A DNA stretch of 35,061 nt from a virus (lineage: Duplodnaviria > Heunggongvirae > Uroviricota > Caudoviricetes), in the IMG/VR virus record IMGVR_UViG_2654587570_000013, positions 1-35,061 of that record. The stretch is one strand, 5' to 3'. Below, one piece after another: positions 1-9,100 of this stretch. Below the pieces are notes generated by a model. That model searched no databases. It had not been told where the DNA came from and was given only the letters and a program-made list of their open reading frames with translations. Each line of letters starts with the position of its first letter. Position 1 is the first letter of the stretch. Made by a program: the position numbers and the translations under genes.

Positions 1-387
1 ATGTTCAATATCATGATTCGTAAATTTGGCGAGATGACTTTCGAGAAAGCTGGTGTTGCGCGTACCGAAGAAGAAGCAATGGCCTTAGTTCTGGTAGCAC
101 TGAGATCATCACCTGAGATTATCGACGCTGAATATGTAGCCGCAGAAGGTGAGATTAAAGAGATTAAAGCAGTGGCTAAGGAATTAGGTGTTAAAGGTTT
201 CCGTAAGCTGAAACTATCCCGCGAGACTTATGTCATTGGACAGCAAGGACAATACCTAGATGAGAATAGCGCGATTGTCCTACTGAATAAGATCACCCGC
301 TATGGTTTCCAGATTGAGCAATATAAAACGTGTTTCGAATTATACGAAAAAGGTTTGCTGGATACTCTGACCATCGTTCGCGCTTAA
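1..387 (+). CDS. hypothetical protein (128 aa; start coincides with window edge)
   Basis: ORF from ATG at 1 to TAA at 385-387, followed by a terminator hairpin at 402-427. No family recognised. Confidence 0.5.
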   Translation: MFNIMIRKFGEMTFEKAGVARTEEEAMALVLVALRSSPEIIDAEYVAAEGEIKEIKAVAKELGVKGFRKLKLSRETYVIGQQGQYLDENSAIVLLNKITRYGFQIEQYKTCFELYEKGLLDTLTIVRA

Positions 388-401
388 TTAATTTCTAATT
401 T

Positions 402-427
402 GGTGGGTGCAATTCCCACCGCTTTTT
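402..427 (+). terminator. intrinsic terminator
   Basis: GGTGGG / 7-nt loop / CCCACC stem-loop followed by GCTTTTT. Confidence 0.6.
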
Positions 428-444
428 AAACTGGAGAATCAAAC

Positions 445-525
445 ATGTTAGCTTTTATCTCATTCGTGGGAGGTAGTCTCACAACCATGATTAGTCTTTC
501 TTATATTGTCGTTAGTATGGGGTGA
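445..525 (+). CDS. putative small hydrophobic peptide (26 aa)
   Basis: Hand-read ORF below the track cutoff. GGAG lies 9 nt upstream of the ATG. Peptide MLAFISFVGGSLTTMISLSYIVVSMG is almost entirely hydrophobic. Confidence 0.25.
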   Translation: MLAFISFVGGSLTTMISLSYIVVSMG

Positions 526-528
526 GCA

Positions 529-654
529 ATGAAACAATTTCATGATGGCATTTCATCCAAGACATTCAAGAAAGAATATAGCGGATTGTGTATTAACTGG
601 ATTGATTTGATTGGTGCGGTTGTGTTTGGTTTGGTAATCAGCATCAACTTTTAA
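529..654 (+). CDS. putative small membrane peptide (41 aa)
   Basis: Hand-read ORF whose ATG lies 3 nt after the previous stop. C-terminal TM-like stretch LCINWIDLIGAVVFGLVISINF. Confidence 0.3.
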   Translation: MKQFHDGISSKTFKKEYSGLCINWIDLIGAVVFGLVISINF

Positions 655-699
655 CGATATAAATATATCGTAATTCAAATAACAAGAGGAAATTCTACT

Positions 700-945
700 A
701 TGAAAAAGATTATCGCGGGTGTTGTTCTTGCTCTGGGTTTGGTTGGTGCTGCAAATGCCGAACAATATGTACAGGGTGATAGTGTCAAGCGTGCTGCCGT
801 TGCACCTTCTTTAAATCAACTGTGTACTGAATTAGCACAGGTTGCCGGAGTTGGTGACGATGACGACTTTATTACTGCGTGTGTATGGAGTCATATCGAG
901 GATATTAATAAACGTGATGCAAAACTAACTGGAAAGAAATATTAA
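700..945 (+). CDS. small secreted protein with Sec signal peptide (81 aa)
   Basis: AGAGGA RBS upstream. N-terminus MKKIIAGVVLALGLVGAANA/EQ is a classical signal peptide with an AXA site. The mature part has two Cys and an acidic DDDD patch. Confidence 0.65.
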   Translation: MKKIIAGVVLALGLVGAANAEQYVQGDSVKRAAVAPSLNQLCTELAQVAGVGDDDDFITACVWSHIEDINKRDAKLTGKKY

Positions 946-961
946 TGACTTACTAACCAAT

Positions 962-997
962 GCCCCTATCGTTATAATACGCGGTAGGGGCGTTTTT
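962..997 (+). terminator. intrinsic terminator after the 81-aa gene
   Basis: GCCCCTAtCG ... CGgTAGGGGC stem (one wobble), 10-nt loop TTATAATACG, then GTTTTT. Confidence 0.6.
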
Positions 998-1010
998 GTT
1001 TGGAAATGGT

Positions 1011-2690
1011 ATGAAAACTAAACTGTATTCGTATATTCGCTTCTCGTCTATGCGTCAGAATGATGGTTCGAGTTATGAACGACAAATCAGGATGGCGAGA
1101 GAGGTTGCGGCAAAGTATGACCTTGAACTGGTAAATGATTATCAGGATCTGGGTGTATCTGCGTTTAAGGGTGCTAACTCTAAAACAGGGGCGCTATCTC
1201 GTTTCCTTGATGCAATTGGTAGATCCGTTCCTGTTGGTAGCTGGCTATTCATCGAGAACTTGGACCGTTTATCCCGTGCCGATATTGTCAGTGCGCAGGA
1301 GTTATTCCTTTCAATAATCCGTAGGGGGATAACCATTGTTACTGGCATGGATAACAAGATCTACTCGCTGGATACTGTTACCGCTAACCCGATGGACCTG
1401 ATGTTCTCCATCCTTTTATTCATCCGTGGTAATGAGGAAAGCCAGACTAAGCGCAATCGTACTAACTCAAGCGCATTGATTAAGATTAAAGCTCATCAAG
1501 AAAATCCACAAAATCCGGCAGTGGCTATCGAGGAAGTTGGAAAGAATATGTGGTGGACTGATACCACTTCCGGTTATGTGTGTCCCGATCCGGTCTTCTT
1601 CCCTATTGTTCAGGAGGTTGTGGAATTACGCAGGAATGGACGGTCTACCGCCGAGATACTGGATCACCTTAACGCGACATATACACCACCACCAGCCGCA
1701 AGTCACAAGAGGCATTCAAACTGGTCACGAGCAATGATTGAAAGGTTGTTCCATACCCGCGCTTTGATTGGTATCAAGGAAATCTCTGTAGATGGCGTTA
1801 AGTATGAGTTAAAGGATTATTACCCTCGTGTGCTAGATGACGCTGAGTTTTATCACCTTAAGAAAAGCATTGGTGTTAGAGCATGTAACTATGGAGACAA
1901 AGAAGAAGCTAAACCGATCCCCCTGCTTAGTGGTGTTAATCTGCTGAAATGTGAACATTGCGGTTCCGCTATGGTTAAGGTGAAAGGAACTAACAAACGG
2001 CCTAACCAATATCGTTATTCATGCGATGCAATGCGCTCTAGTCGTATTGCATGTGTGCATACAAACTGGAGTTTTCGAGGTGATCAATTAGAGAAAGCTG
2101 TATTGCAATTGCTGGCTGATAAAATCTGGATTGCTGAGGATAAGGCTAATCCTGTTCCGGCTTTGAAAGTACAGATTGATGAGATATCACGCAAGATTGA
2201 TAACCTGATTACCCTTTCTGCTATGACTGGAGCAACGAAGGAGTTAGCCGACCAGATTACTACCCTCAATAGCGAGCGTGAAACACTCTATAATCAGATT
2301 AAGATGGCAGAAGAGGAAATGTATTCTGTGGACTCTCAAGGCTGGGAGAAGCTCGCAGAATTTGATTTAGAAGATGTTTATAACGAGGATCGCATTAAGG
2401 TCCGGTTTAAGATTAAGCAAGCTCTAAAACGGATCGGGTGTAGCAGGATTGACAAATACAAAAACTTGTTTGTATTGGAATACATTGATGGCAAGACCCA
2501 GAGAGTTGTAATAGAAAATTCAAGAGGACCGAGGAAAGGACAAATCTTTGTCGATTTGAAAACTATCAATGATAGGCAGATTCTGGAGAGTAACGGGCTT
2601 GTTCTGCATCCATGTTTAGACATGCTGACAGATAAAGACTGGAAGCCAGAAGAGGAAATACCAGGTCCATTACAGGAATTTGGAATTTAA
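1011..2690 (+). CDS. large serine recombinase (integrase-type, 559 aa from ATG 1011)
   Basis: N-terminal resolvase-type catalytic motif YSYIRFSSMRQ plus ENLDRLSRAD. Its size, a central recombinase region, the Cys cluster CEHCGSAM...YSCDAMRSSRIAC and a C-terminal coiled coil fit the class. The track start at 996 is TTG inside the upstream terminator, so ATG 1011 is preferred. Confidence 0.85.
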   Translation: MKTKLYSYIRFSSMRQNDGSSYERQIRMAREVAAKYDLELVNDYQDLGVSAFKGANSKTGALSRFLDAIGRSVPVGSWLFIENLDRLSRADIVSAQELFLSIIRRGITIVTGMDNKIYSLDTVTANPMDLMFSILLFIRGNEESQTKRNRTNSSALIKIKAHQENPQNPAVAIEEVGKNMWWTDTTSGYVCPDPVFFPIVQEVVELRRNGRSTAEILDHLNATYTPPPAASHKRHSNWSRAMIERLFHTRALIGIKEISVDGVKYELKDYYPRVLDDAEFYHLKKSIGVRACNYGDKEEAKPIPLLSGVNLLKCEHCGSAMVKVKGTNKRPNQYRYSCDAMRSSRIACVHTNWSFRGDQLEKAVLQLLADKIWIAEDKANPVPALKVQIDEISRKIDNLITLSAMTGATKELADQITTLNSERETLYNQIKMAEEEMYSVDSQGWEKLAEFDLEDVYNEDRIKVRFKIKQALKRIGCSRIDKYKNLFVLEYIDGKTQRVVIENSRGPRKGQIFVDLKTINDRQILESNGLVLHPCLDMLTDKDWKPEEEIPGPLQEFGI

Positions 2691-2726
2691 GCGGACTAAA
2701 TCGACGTATAACGAGCTAAACACTTT

Positions 2727-2751
2727 AAGGGGTACATCTGTACCCCTTTTT
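2727..2751 (+). terminator. terminator between convergent genes
   Basis: AAGGGGTACA / TGTACCCCTT inverted repeat followed by TTTTT. Confidence 0.6.
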
Positions 2752-2763
2752 AATTTAATTGTA

Positions 2764-3762
2764 TTAAAGAGCCTCTAAAGGGCTTAAATCGAGTTCTAAG
2801 TCTTCCGGTATTAAATCAGCTAACGGTGCATTCATCCACTGCGATAAATCTCGTTCTATGTCTTCATCACTAATGTAGTTGTTCAGATTGATTGCGTTGG
2901 TATCATCAAAATACATTGGCTTAGATGGGTTGGTGTGGATGTATTCATTGATGAATGATTTAACATCTTTCAGCTTGCTAATCGGTAGCGTTTCTGTGAA
3001 TCCGCTATTCATTACCTTACGTGGGATTTTCTTGCCCTGAATATTCTTTTTAATCCCCATTTCTAAATCACCAGCTTTCCATCCAATGTTAAACAAATGT
3101 GAGCATTCAAAGGTGATTTTCTCGCTGGTGTGCTTCTGGTGTTCTCTTACCCGTTGCATCGGATCTTTGCGAGTGGTAATTCCATATTTGAAAAACTTCT
3201 CGCCAACACGAATTAGATAAAAGTGCATAGAGCGCTGTGCAAACTTGTTTCTGATAACCTGTTTTCTACCATTCTGAATTGATTTAAGTACACCCCTAAC
3301 CAAAGGGCATGTTAACCCACCTTGTCTGCGGTTATTGTGTAAATCACCTTTCTTGTGAATCTTTCCGTGGCACTTACAACGAAGAATTAGTTTAGTGTCA
3401 ACACCCTGATAAGGTTCAGCCAGACCTAACACATCCCACCCTATCGGCTTGTAGAACTTGCGAGCGTTTTCTAAGTGTTCTTCTTCGGTAAATCTAAACT
3501 TCTTCTTAGGCGGTGATACTCTATCTTTGCCAGTAAACTGACCAGTTAGAACATGACTAATACATGGCGTTTTAACCTTTCCGTTAACTTCTATGCAAAC
3601 TTTGGTGTTCTGGAATGGTTTCTTTACAGGAAGCACAAAACCACTGTATAACCATCCATGCGCTTGACAAACTTTAATGATTCTGGTTTCATATTCGACC
3701 GGAGGGGTCGCACGTTTGCTTTTTGCGGTAAATTCGATATCCTTTGCTAAAGTAGTATTCAT
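2764..3762 (-). CDS. GIY-YIG superfamily (T5orf172-like) domain protein, homing-endonuclease-like (332 aa)
   Basis: C-terminal half has FYLIRVGEKFFKYGITTRKDPMQRVREHQ ... GFTETL, resembling the GIY..YIG..R..E pattern. The N-terminal half has two repeats of a C..HG...GL(T)CP zinc-ribbon-like module, as I recall from phage homing-endonuclease-like genes. Assigned from memory, not searched. Confidence 0.5.
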   Translation of the reverse strand: MNTTLAKDIEFTAKSKRATPPVEYETRIIKVCQAHGWLYSGFVLPVKKPFQNTKVCIEVNGKVKTPCISHVLTGQFTGKDRVSPPKKKFRFTEEEHLENARKFYKPIGWDVLGLAEPYQGVDTKLILRCKCHGKIHKKGDLHNNRRQGGLTCPLVRGVLKSIQNGRKQVIRNKFAQRSMHFYLIRVGEKFFKYGITTRKDPMQRVREHQKHTSEKITFECSHLFNIGWKAGDLEMGIKKNIQGKKIPRKVMNSGFTETLPISKLKDVKSFINEYIHTNPSKPMYFDDTNAINLNNYISDEDIERDLSQWMNAPLADLIPEDLELDLSPLEAL

Positions 3763-3799
3763 AGTAGTGAATCCTCAATAAAATAATATTCACTACTAT
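3761..3799 (-). promoter_or_regulatory. perfect 12-bp inverted repeat enclosing the RBS and abutting the start codon of the 332-aa gene
   Basis: ATAGTAGTGAAT (3761-3772) pairs with ATTCACTACTAT (3788-3799). The 15-nt loop carries the GAGGA Shine-Dalgarno on the minus strand, and the 3' arm runs into the ATG. Confidence 0.5.
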
Positions 3800-3808
3800 T
3801 TATAAGAA

Positions 3809-4066
3809 TTAATTATTGTAGTTTTGGAAACCAGTAAGATCACAAAATGAATCAGTATCATGTGCAGGAGAACGATGCTCTGCTTCGTCAGAGAAAATGT
3901 TGGCTACCGGAGATTCCACTTTAACTTCCAGTGCTTCTTCAACATCTGACTTAACTTCTTCGACCACTGGTTCAACTGCTGGAGATTCTTCTTTTGTTTC
4001 TTCAATGACGATCTCAGGTTCTTTCATTGCTTCAACCAGAGACGGATCAACTTCGTCGAATACCAC
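3809..4066 (-). CDS. putative very acidic protein (85 aa, GTG start)
   Basis: The ORF has only a GTG start and no clear SD. Its composition is low-complexity and acidic (PVVEEVKSDVEEALEVKVESPV). Coding status is uncertain. Confidence 0.35.
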   Translation of the reverse strand: MVFDEVDPSLVEAMKEPEIVIEETKEESPAVEPVVEEVKSDVEEALEVKVESPVANIFSDEAEHRSPAHDTDSFCDLTGFQNYNN

Positions 4067-4140
4067 TTTATCATCTGCGGTATATTTGTCTATAATGAAA
4101 AATGGTCAGAAATATAGCTAACGTCGCCAGCATATTCTAA

Positions 4141-4167
4141 CAAAAAAGCGCCCACTGGAGGCGCTTT
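4141..4167 (-). terminator. intrinsic terminator ending the leftward late operon
   Basis: Minus strand reads AAAGCGCC-TCCAGT-GGCGCT followed by TTTTTTG, directly after the endolysin stop. Confidence 0.7.
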
Positions 4168-4171
4168 AATT

Positions 4172-4525
4172 TTATCCATTCCACCGTGATTTTTTTGATC
4201 TGGAATCAATATGCGTAAAGGTTTTATATTTTCCTAAGCCGTATTGAGTAGGATATTTCCCATCAAGATAAGCATGAACAATATCAGGCGAGACACCCTT
4301 GATAACAATGTCAGCCGCGCGGCCTCGAACATGATAGCTATTGGTTGCGCCGCCTACATTCTTGTTATGAGTCGGGCAACGGTTCCCACTGTTAATAATC
4401 ACTGGTTTACCGAAGTGCTCTCGTACATCCTCAAGAATCACCAGTAATTCAGCGTCGATTGTATCATAATCACATTTTCCGCATTTACATTTAAATTCCT
4501 TGCGAGAAAAATGCTTACTTAACAT
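4172..4525 (-). CDS. peptidase M15-family endolysin (zinc D-Ala-D-Ala carboxypeptidase-like, 117 aa)
   Basis: SGNRCPTHNKNVGGATNSYHVRGRAADI ... THID matches the H..D..H zinc-ligand pattern of M15 (VanY/M15_3-type) phage lysins. It is the last gene of the late operon. Confidence 0.8.
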   Translation of the reverse strand: MLSKHFSRKEFKCKCGKCDYDTIDAELLVILEDVREHFGKPVIINSGNRCPTHNKNVGGATNSYHVRGRAADIVIKGVSPDIVHAYLDGKYPTQYGLGKYKTFTHIDSRSKKSRWNG

Positions 4526-4534
4526 ATTACCCCC

Positions 4535-4882
4535 TTAGATCATTTCGAAGATATAACCAATAAAGCGCATACCCTTGATATAATAAGGAGCAGTGCCTAC
4601 ACACACCGCGCGTGCATCACCCAGACAGTTAAAGCTATAAGGATTAACTACATCGACTTCTTGCCCTACACGAAAACGATATTTAGGACGTTTAGCCAAT
4701 GTAGCGACACAAAACACGGTCCCCTTTTCATGATCACGGATACATTCTTTATATTGTTTATGTTTAACTCTCTTCGCCTCAAAATCATAGGTCATAGATT
4801 CTGGGCTAATGCCATTAATAAAAATACCGGAAAGCTGATCAACCGGATAAGTAGGAAATTCAGTGAAAATATTTTTAGCCAT
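4535..4882 (-). CDS. hypothetical protein (115 aa)
   Basis: Tightly packed ORF in the late operon. No family recognised. Confidence 0.6.
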   Translation of the reverse strand: MAKNIFTEFPTYPVDQLSGIFINGISPESMTYDFEAKRVKHKQYKECIRDHEKGTVFCVATLAKRPKYRFRVGQEVDVVNPYSFNCLGDARAVCVGTAPYYIKGMRFIGYIFEMI

Positions 4883-4920
4883 GTTATACCCCCATAAGAT
4901 TCTATGAGGGTATTTATTGA

Positions 4921-5604
4921 TTAAACGTATTTCATGCGCGATTTAATGTGCTTATTGATGTTTTCAAGCATCATTGCTTCGTTGCTTTCCCACGATCCTA
5001 GCGTCGAATAACGAGTAGAAATTTTATCCGACTTAACGGCAACAATTCGCTTACTCTGTTTCTGGATGCGTTTCTCTAAGCGACGTTTTGCCACCGCCGA
5101 TCCATTCTTAGCGCGTTTGGTTCGGGATTTCTTAGGCTTGTACTTCTTCATGATAAAAGTCCCTTCCTTGTTCTCTACCTTGATGAAGTTGCCGTTTTCG
5201 ATGTTACGCATCATCTTACCGCCTTTGATGGCCTTAATGTTCCCGTGGGAGTCTAAGACCTTACCGTTGGCGATTGGCACTAGCTTATTGATTTTGCCAC
5301 CATCGAAATAGTGTTTCAGATAGTCATCCTGACTGCCGATCTTCTTGTCCTTATCCCTTGCGCCCTTGATGAAGATTTGGTGTCTGGTCCCTGATCGGTT
5401 CTTGTAGTTGGTATTACCTACAGCTTGCTGAGTCCAGCGAGTAGGTCTATCAACATTCTTGTTAATCTTCTTCTGGAGTGCACGAGCAGCAAAGATCGCC
5501 CCTTCCCCTATCGCCCTTTCGAATGTATCGGTTGCTTTATCAGTCCATTGGCGTAACGCTTTCTTTGTCCTTAGAGCGTTTCGTTTATTGGTACTGGTTG
5601 CCAT
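4921..5604 (-). CDS. hypothetical highly basic protein (227 aa)
   Basis: ORF in the late operon with Lys/Arg-rich termini (KKYKPKKSRTKRAKNGSAVAKRRLEKRIQKQSKR). No family recognised. Confidence 0.6.
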   Translation of the reverse strand: MATSTNKRNALRTKKALRQWTDKATDTFERAIGEGAIFAARALQKKINKNVDRPTRWTQQAVGNTNYKNRSGTRHQIFIKGARDKDKKIGSQDDYLKHYFDGGKINKLVPIANGKVLDSHGNIKAIKGGKMMRNIENGNFIKVENKEGTFIMKKYKPKKSRTKRAKNGSAVAKRRLEKRIQKQSKRIVAVKSDKISTRYSTLGSWESNEAMMLENINKHIKSRMKYV

Positions 5605-5605
5605 G

Positions 5606-5776
5606 TTAGCCCCCTAATAACGAAAAGACCCCCGCCAGTGTCCTTAGCAATTGTTCATCCACGGTCATAGCCGGGAGTTCAAGCCCAAAGGACGTTAGCA
5701 GAGGTCTAATAGCTACGTTATAAGTGAGGGCGACAATCAAGAGATAACCAAAATATTTCTTAAGTTTATTCTTCAT
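5606..5776 (-). CDS. small membrane protein (56 aa, one TM)
   Basis: Hand-read ORF with a GGGGTG RBS 5 nt upstream of the ATG. TM stretch YFGYLLIVALTYNVAI. Its stop lies 1 nt before the next ATG. Confidence 0.45.
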   Translation of the reverse strand: MKNKLKKYFGYLLIVALTYNVAIRPLLTSFGLELPAMTVDEQLLRTLAGVFSLLGG

Positions 5777-5794
5777 ATATTCACCCCTTTATTA

Positions 5795-6073
5795 TTATTT
5801 TTGTTTGAGTATGTCGAGAACTTGGTCAAATTTGGCGTCCATCGCAACCACTTTCTTCTCTATACCGTGTAGTGTTTGTTCCATTTGGTAAACACGTTCA
5901 GCAATCTGAGTATGGTTATTCTGCATCGTCTCAAACTTCTGGTTTAACAATGCGTCGCTGGATTCCAATTTCGACAATCTATTTTCTGTGGCTAATTGAT
6001 TTCGGTGAAGTCTCCAAAGCCCACCACAAATTAAGGCGATAACACCGATACCGCCATATATAATTTCAGTCAT
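5795..6073 (-). CDS. membrane-anchored coiled-coil protein (92 aa)
   Basis: GGGGG RBS. N-terminal TM IIYGGIGVIALICGGLW followed by a heptad-rich helix. Candidate holin, i-spanin-like or exclusion protein. No embedded lipoprotein frame was found. Confidence 0.6.
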   Translation of the reverse strand: MTEIIYGGIGVIALICGGLWRLHRNQLATENRLSKLESSDALLNQKFETMQNNHTQIAERVYQMEQTLHGIEKKVVAMDAKFDQVLDILKQK

Positions 6074-6115
6074 TACGCCCCCGATATTTTTATATAATTT
6101 AATGGCAGAATTATT

Positions 6116-6159
6116 TAGATAAAAATAATCCCGCCTAACTCAAAAGAATTAAGCGGGAT
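6116..6159 (-). terminator. hairpin with T-run after the J-like gene
   Basis: AATCCCGC (6126-6133) pairs with GCGGGATT (6152-6159), with an 18-nt loop. The minus strand continues ATTTTTAT. Confidence 0.45.
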
Positions 6160-6178
6160 TAATTATTAGAATTAAATT

Positions 6179-9100
6179 TTAAGAAACAGAAATACCAGTA
6201 GCGGCTTTCTTAGTTACCATTACCGTTAGATCGCTGATATATGCACTTGGGTTATAGTTGTTAACGCCCTTACAGTAAACTTCAAAAGTCATTGTTACTG
6301 CCCCGTGTCCGGCTGGCATGTCAATAACTCCACTGTACATACAGCCAGAAGTTGCAGTGCGATCATATAGAACACCACCATTTTTCTTAACGATTAGTCG
6401 GCAAGTATCCCAATGATCGCTACTTTCGCCACGACGAACAGACCCGTTATGATGAATCGCTGGAATCACTATTTGGCGATCGAATGGATGATCATCTTCG
6501 ACCCTTACAGTGATTGCACCATCAGGCCAGTTTGGTTGGCGATGCGGGAAACTCCTACCAACCACTTTCACGAAGTCACCACGCACCTGATTAGCATCAA
6601 GCATACCCAAAATGCGGCAACTTGAATTAATCGTTACGTTGTTCATTTCGCCGGAATCAGCCACCAAATGACCACGAATATTAGCGTGTCTAAAATGACA
6701 AGTGCCATCTTTGCCGATATACCATCCATCGTTACCATTCCAGTTATAAGACTGGATATAGTTACCAATTTTAGCATTATCGATAGAGCCATCAATGATA
6801 TGACCTGTTCCGATCTGTGCGTGTTGGATGTGAGCGCCGTTAATCTGGGCTGTGCCGATCTTAGCCGTGGTGATACTAGCATCACTAATCTGGGCTGTGC
6901 CAATTGCAGCATTACGAATCATCGCATTATCAAGATAAACTTTGTTATCTTCGATGCCAAACGGACAAACTTCTGATCCGTCTTGTGGAGCTACCGCGAT
7001 TTTATCAGCCGTAAAGATGATTCTTGTCGGTTCTGCCGGATCATTGGTTGCGCTCATATGAATACCAGCCACGCGACCATCTGCATTAACTGCCAGATTA
7101 TATTTGCTGTTAATGGTTCCCTTCAAAGCATCGATTTTTACATCTGCTTCCTGATTCACACCAGCAATCTTGCCATCCATTTCTACCCGAACTTGATCAA
7201 TCTTACTTGCGCTTGCTGCCTCACTGGTAGCAATTGCTTGTTTCAGGGTAGTAGCAGATGCGCTAACTTCTTTGGTGATATCGCCTTTCAGTTCAGCTTT
7301 AACCTGATCAATCTTAGTTGCGCTGGCTTGCTCACTGGTAGCAATCAGACTCTTGAGAGTATCGGCTGAGGCTTGGACCGTCTGCCCTGTCTCGGTAGTA
7401 ATCTGTTTATGCATTGCATCAATCTTAGCATCGGCATTAGCGCCAGCTTGAGCAATAGCATCCGCGATGGTTTCATCTAAGCGATCTTGTAAACCAATCA
7501 GGTCTTCCAGTGCTTCTTTGTCCTGATCGTCCCAGCTAATGGTAGATTTCATTTGCATGAAATACGGTTCAGACCAAACAGCATCATCCATACCGAAAAT
7601 ATCATAGTGAGCACCACGGATATAATAATCACCGTCAGCCAAATCAAAGGAAGTATGACTAACGCTATTGGTAGTCACTGCCCTTGCATCGGAGAAAGTA
7701 TTATCGGTTGCATACTGGATGATTGACCCTGCATAGTCATGTTCTACGTCATCCGCCCAGCTAACAAACGCAGTATTAAAGCCACCACGCGCACTAAAAC
7801 CTTTCATCGGCTTATGTTGTGGGTTGATAGCCACTAAACGCGCTGGGGCGCTCTCTGAGTTGTTATAGCCCTTGACTGATACTTCTACCGTCAATTCACG
7901 GGAAAGGCCGTTAAACTGGTTCATATCAAGCGTATAAGTCCATGATTCAGGATCGCGGGTACGGTACTGAATAGACTTACCAGCCTTGTTAGTCACCTTG
8001 ATAATGTATGCTTCAAACAGGTCACTAAACTTGTTAGCTTCACCGTTGATCATCACATCTAATTGTTGCTGATTTTCCCATTCGATAATCAGATCATTGC
8101 CTTCGAAAGTACCAGGTGAACTACCCTGATTTTTGATTCGAATAACCGGAGTCGGCAATTCATAGGTAACAGTAGGATTCTGGTTAACCAGTTCCACCCA
8201 TTCGGAACGAGCAATAATACCGAAAGCACAAACGCGGTAATCGTAGGAACGATCTTTAGCCAGTGCATTGATATTGAAAATTTGCTGTGAAGTCTGTCCC
8301 AGCTTAATCCAGTTAGGTGATCCACTCACTTTGTAATCAATCTGGAAACCGTAGCGGTTGAAATCTTCCGGTACATCCCATGTCAAAGTTACGTTTTTAC
8401 CGTGGATTGTCTCACCAGTTGCCTTAATTCTGAAATTAGTCGGTTTCTGTACTGTCATTGAATCCGGTAAACCAGTAGGTCTATTGTCTGGATTCGCCGC
8501 ATAGTTCAGGTCAGTATAAACCTGAGAATTATATTCTGTGGCGGTGATAGTCATCATCCCAGCAATACCAGAATCAATAGAGCGATCAATTGCAGTAATA
8601 CGCCAAAGTGAATTATTCAGTTTTAATTCATCATAGGTTACGCTAATAACATCCCAAACTTCGGCAGTGAATGCGTCAGTAGTCATAAAGCTGATAACCT
8701 GAGTGATACGAGATTTATTTCGTTCTACACTCGCTAGTTTATCAATCTGGGCTTTAGACTTAACAAAACGATATTCAATATCTTTAGCGATAATTCGACC
8801 ATCTTGACGAATAGTAGCATCGTTTTCAGCATCAGCCGGATAACGTAGCATTTGCTCTGAATAGTCAATTGATGGTTCTTGATACATCGCGTTAATGGTA
8901 TTGAAATAACCATTAGTGCCACCTGTTTTCAGTGATACTTTTCCCATCATGATATTGTCTTCATTGAAGGTATGCTTAACAATATCAGGAGCATCCAGTT
9001 TCAGAGTAATACGTCCAAAGGATTCGAACATCACCCCGCCGAAAGTCTGCATAAGACTGGTCAAGTTCTCTTTAAAGCTGGCGTTCGGATCACATGCACC

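Noticed and set aside
996-1010. Longer N-terminal extensions offered by the ORF track: TTG 996 for the recombinase, 10500 for the K-like gene, 21125 for the 140-aa gene, GTG 28288 and TTG 31640 for the HTH genes.
   Set aside because: These extensions overlap upstream genes or terminators and lack an SD. Internal ATGs with good GGAG-type RBS spacing are preferred.
5795-6073. Embedded Rz1-like o-spanin inside the 92-aa membrane/coiled-coil gene.
   Set aside because: Reading the two alternative frames gives only very short ORFs, none with a lipobox Cys. The adjacent 56-aa protein also has no Cys.
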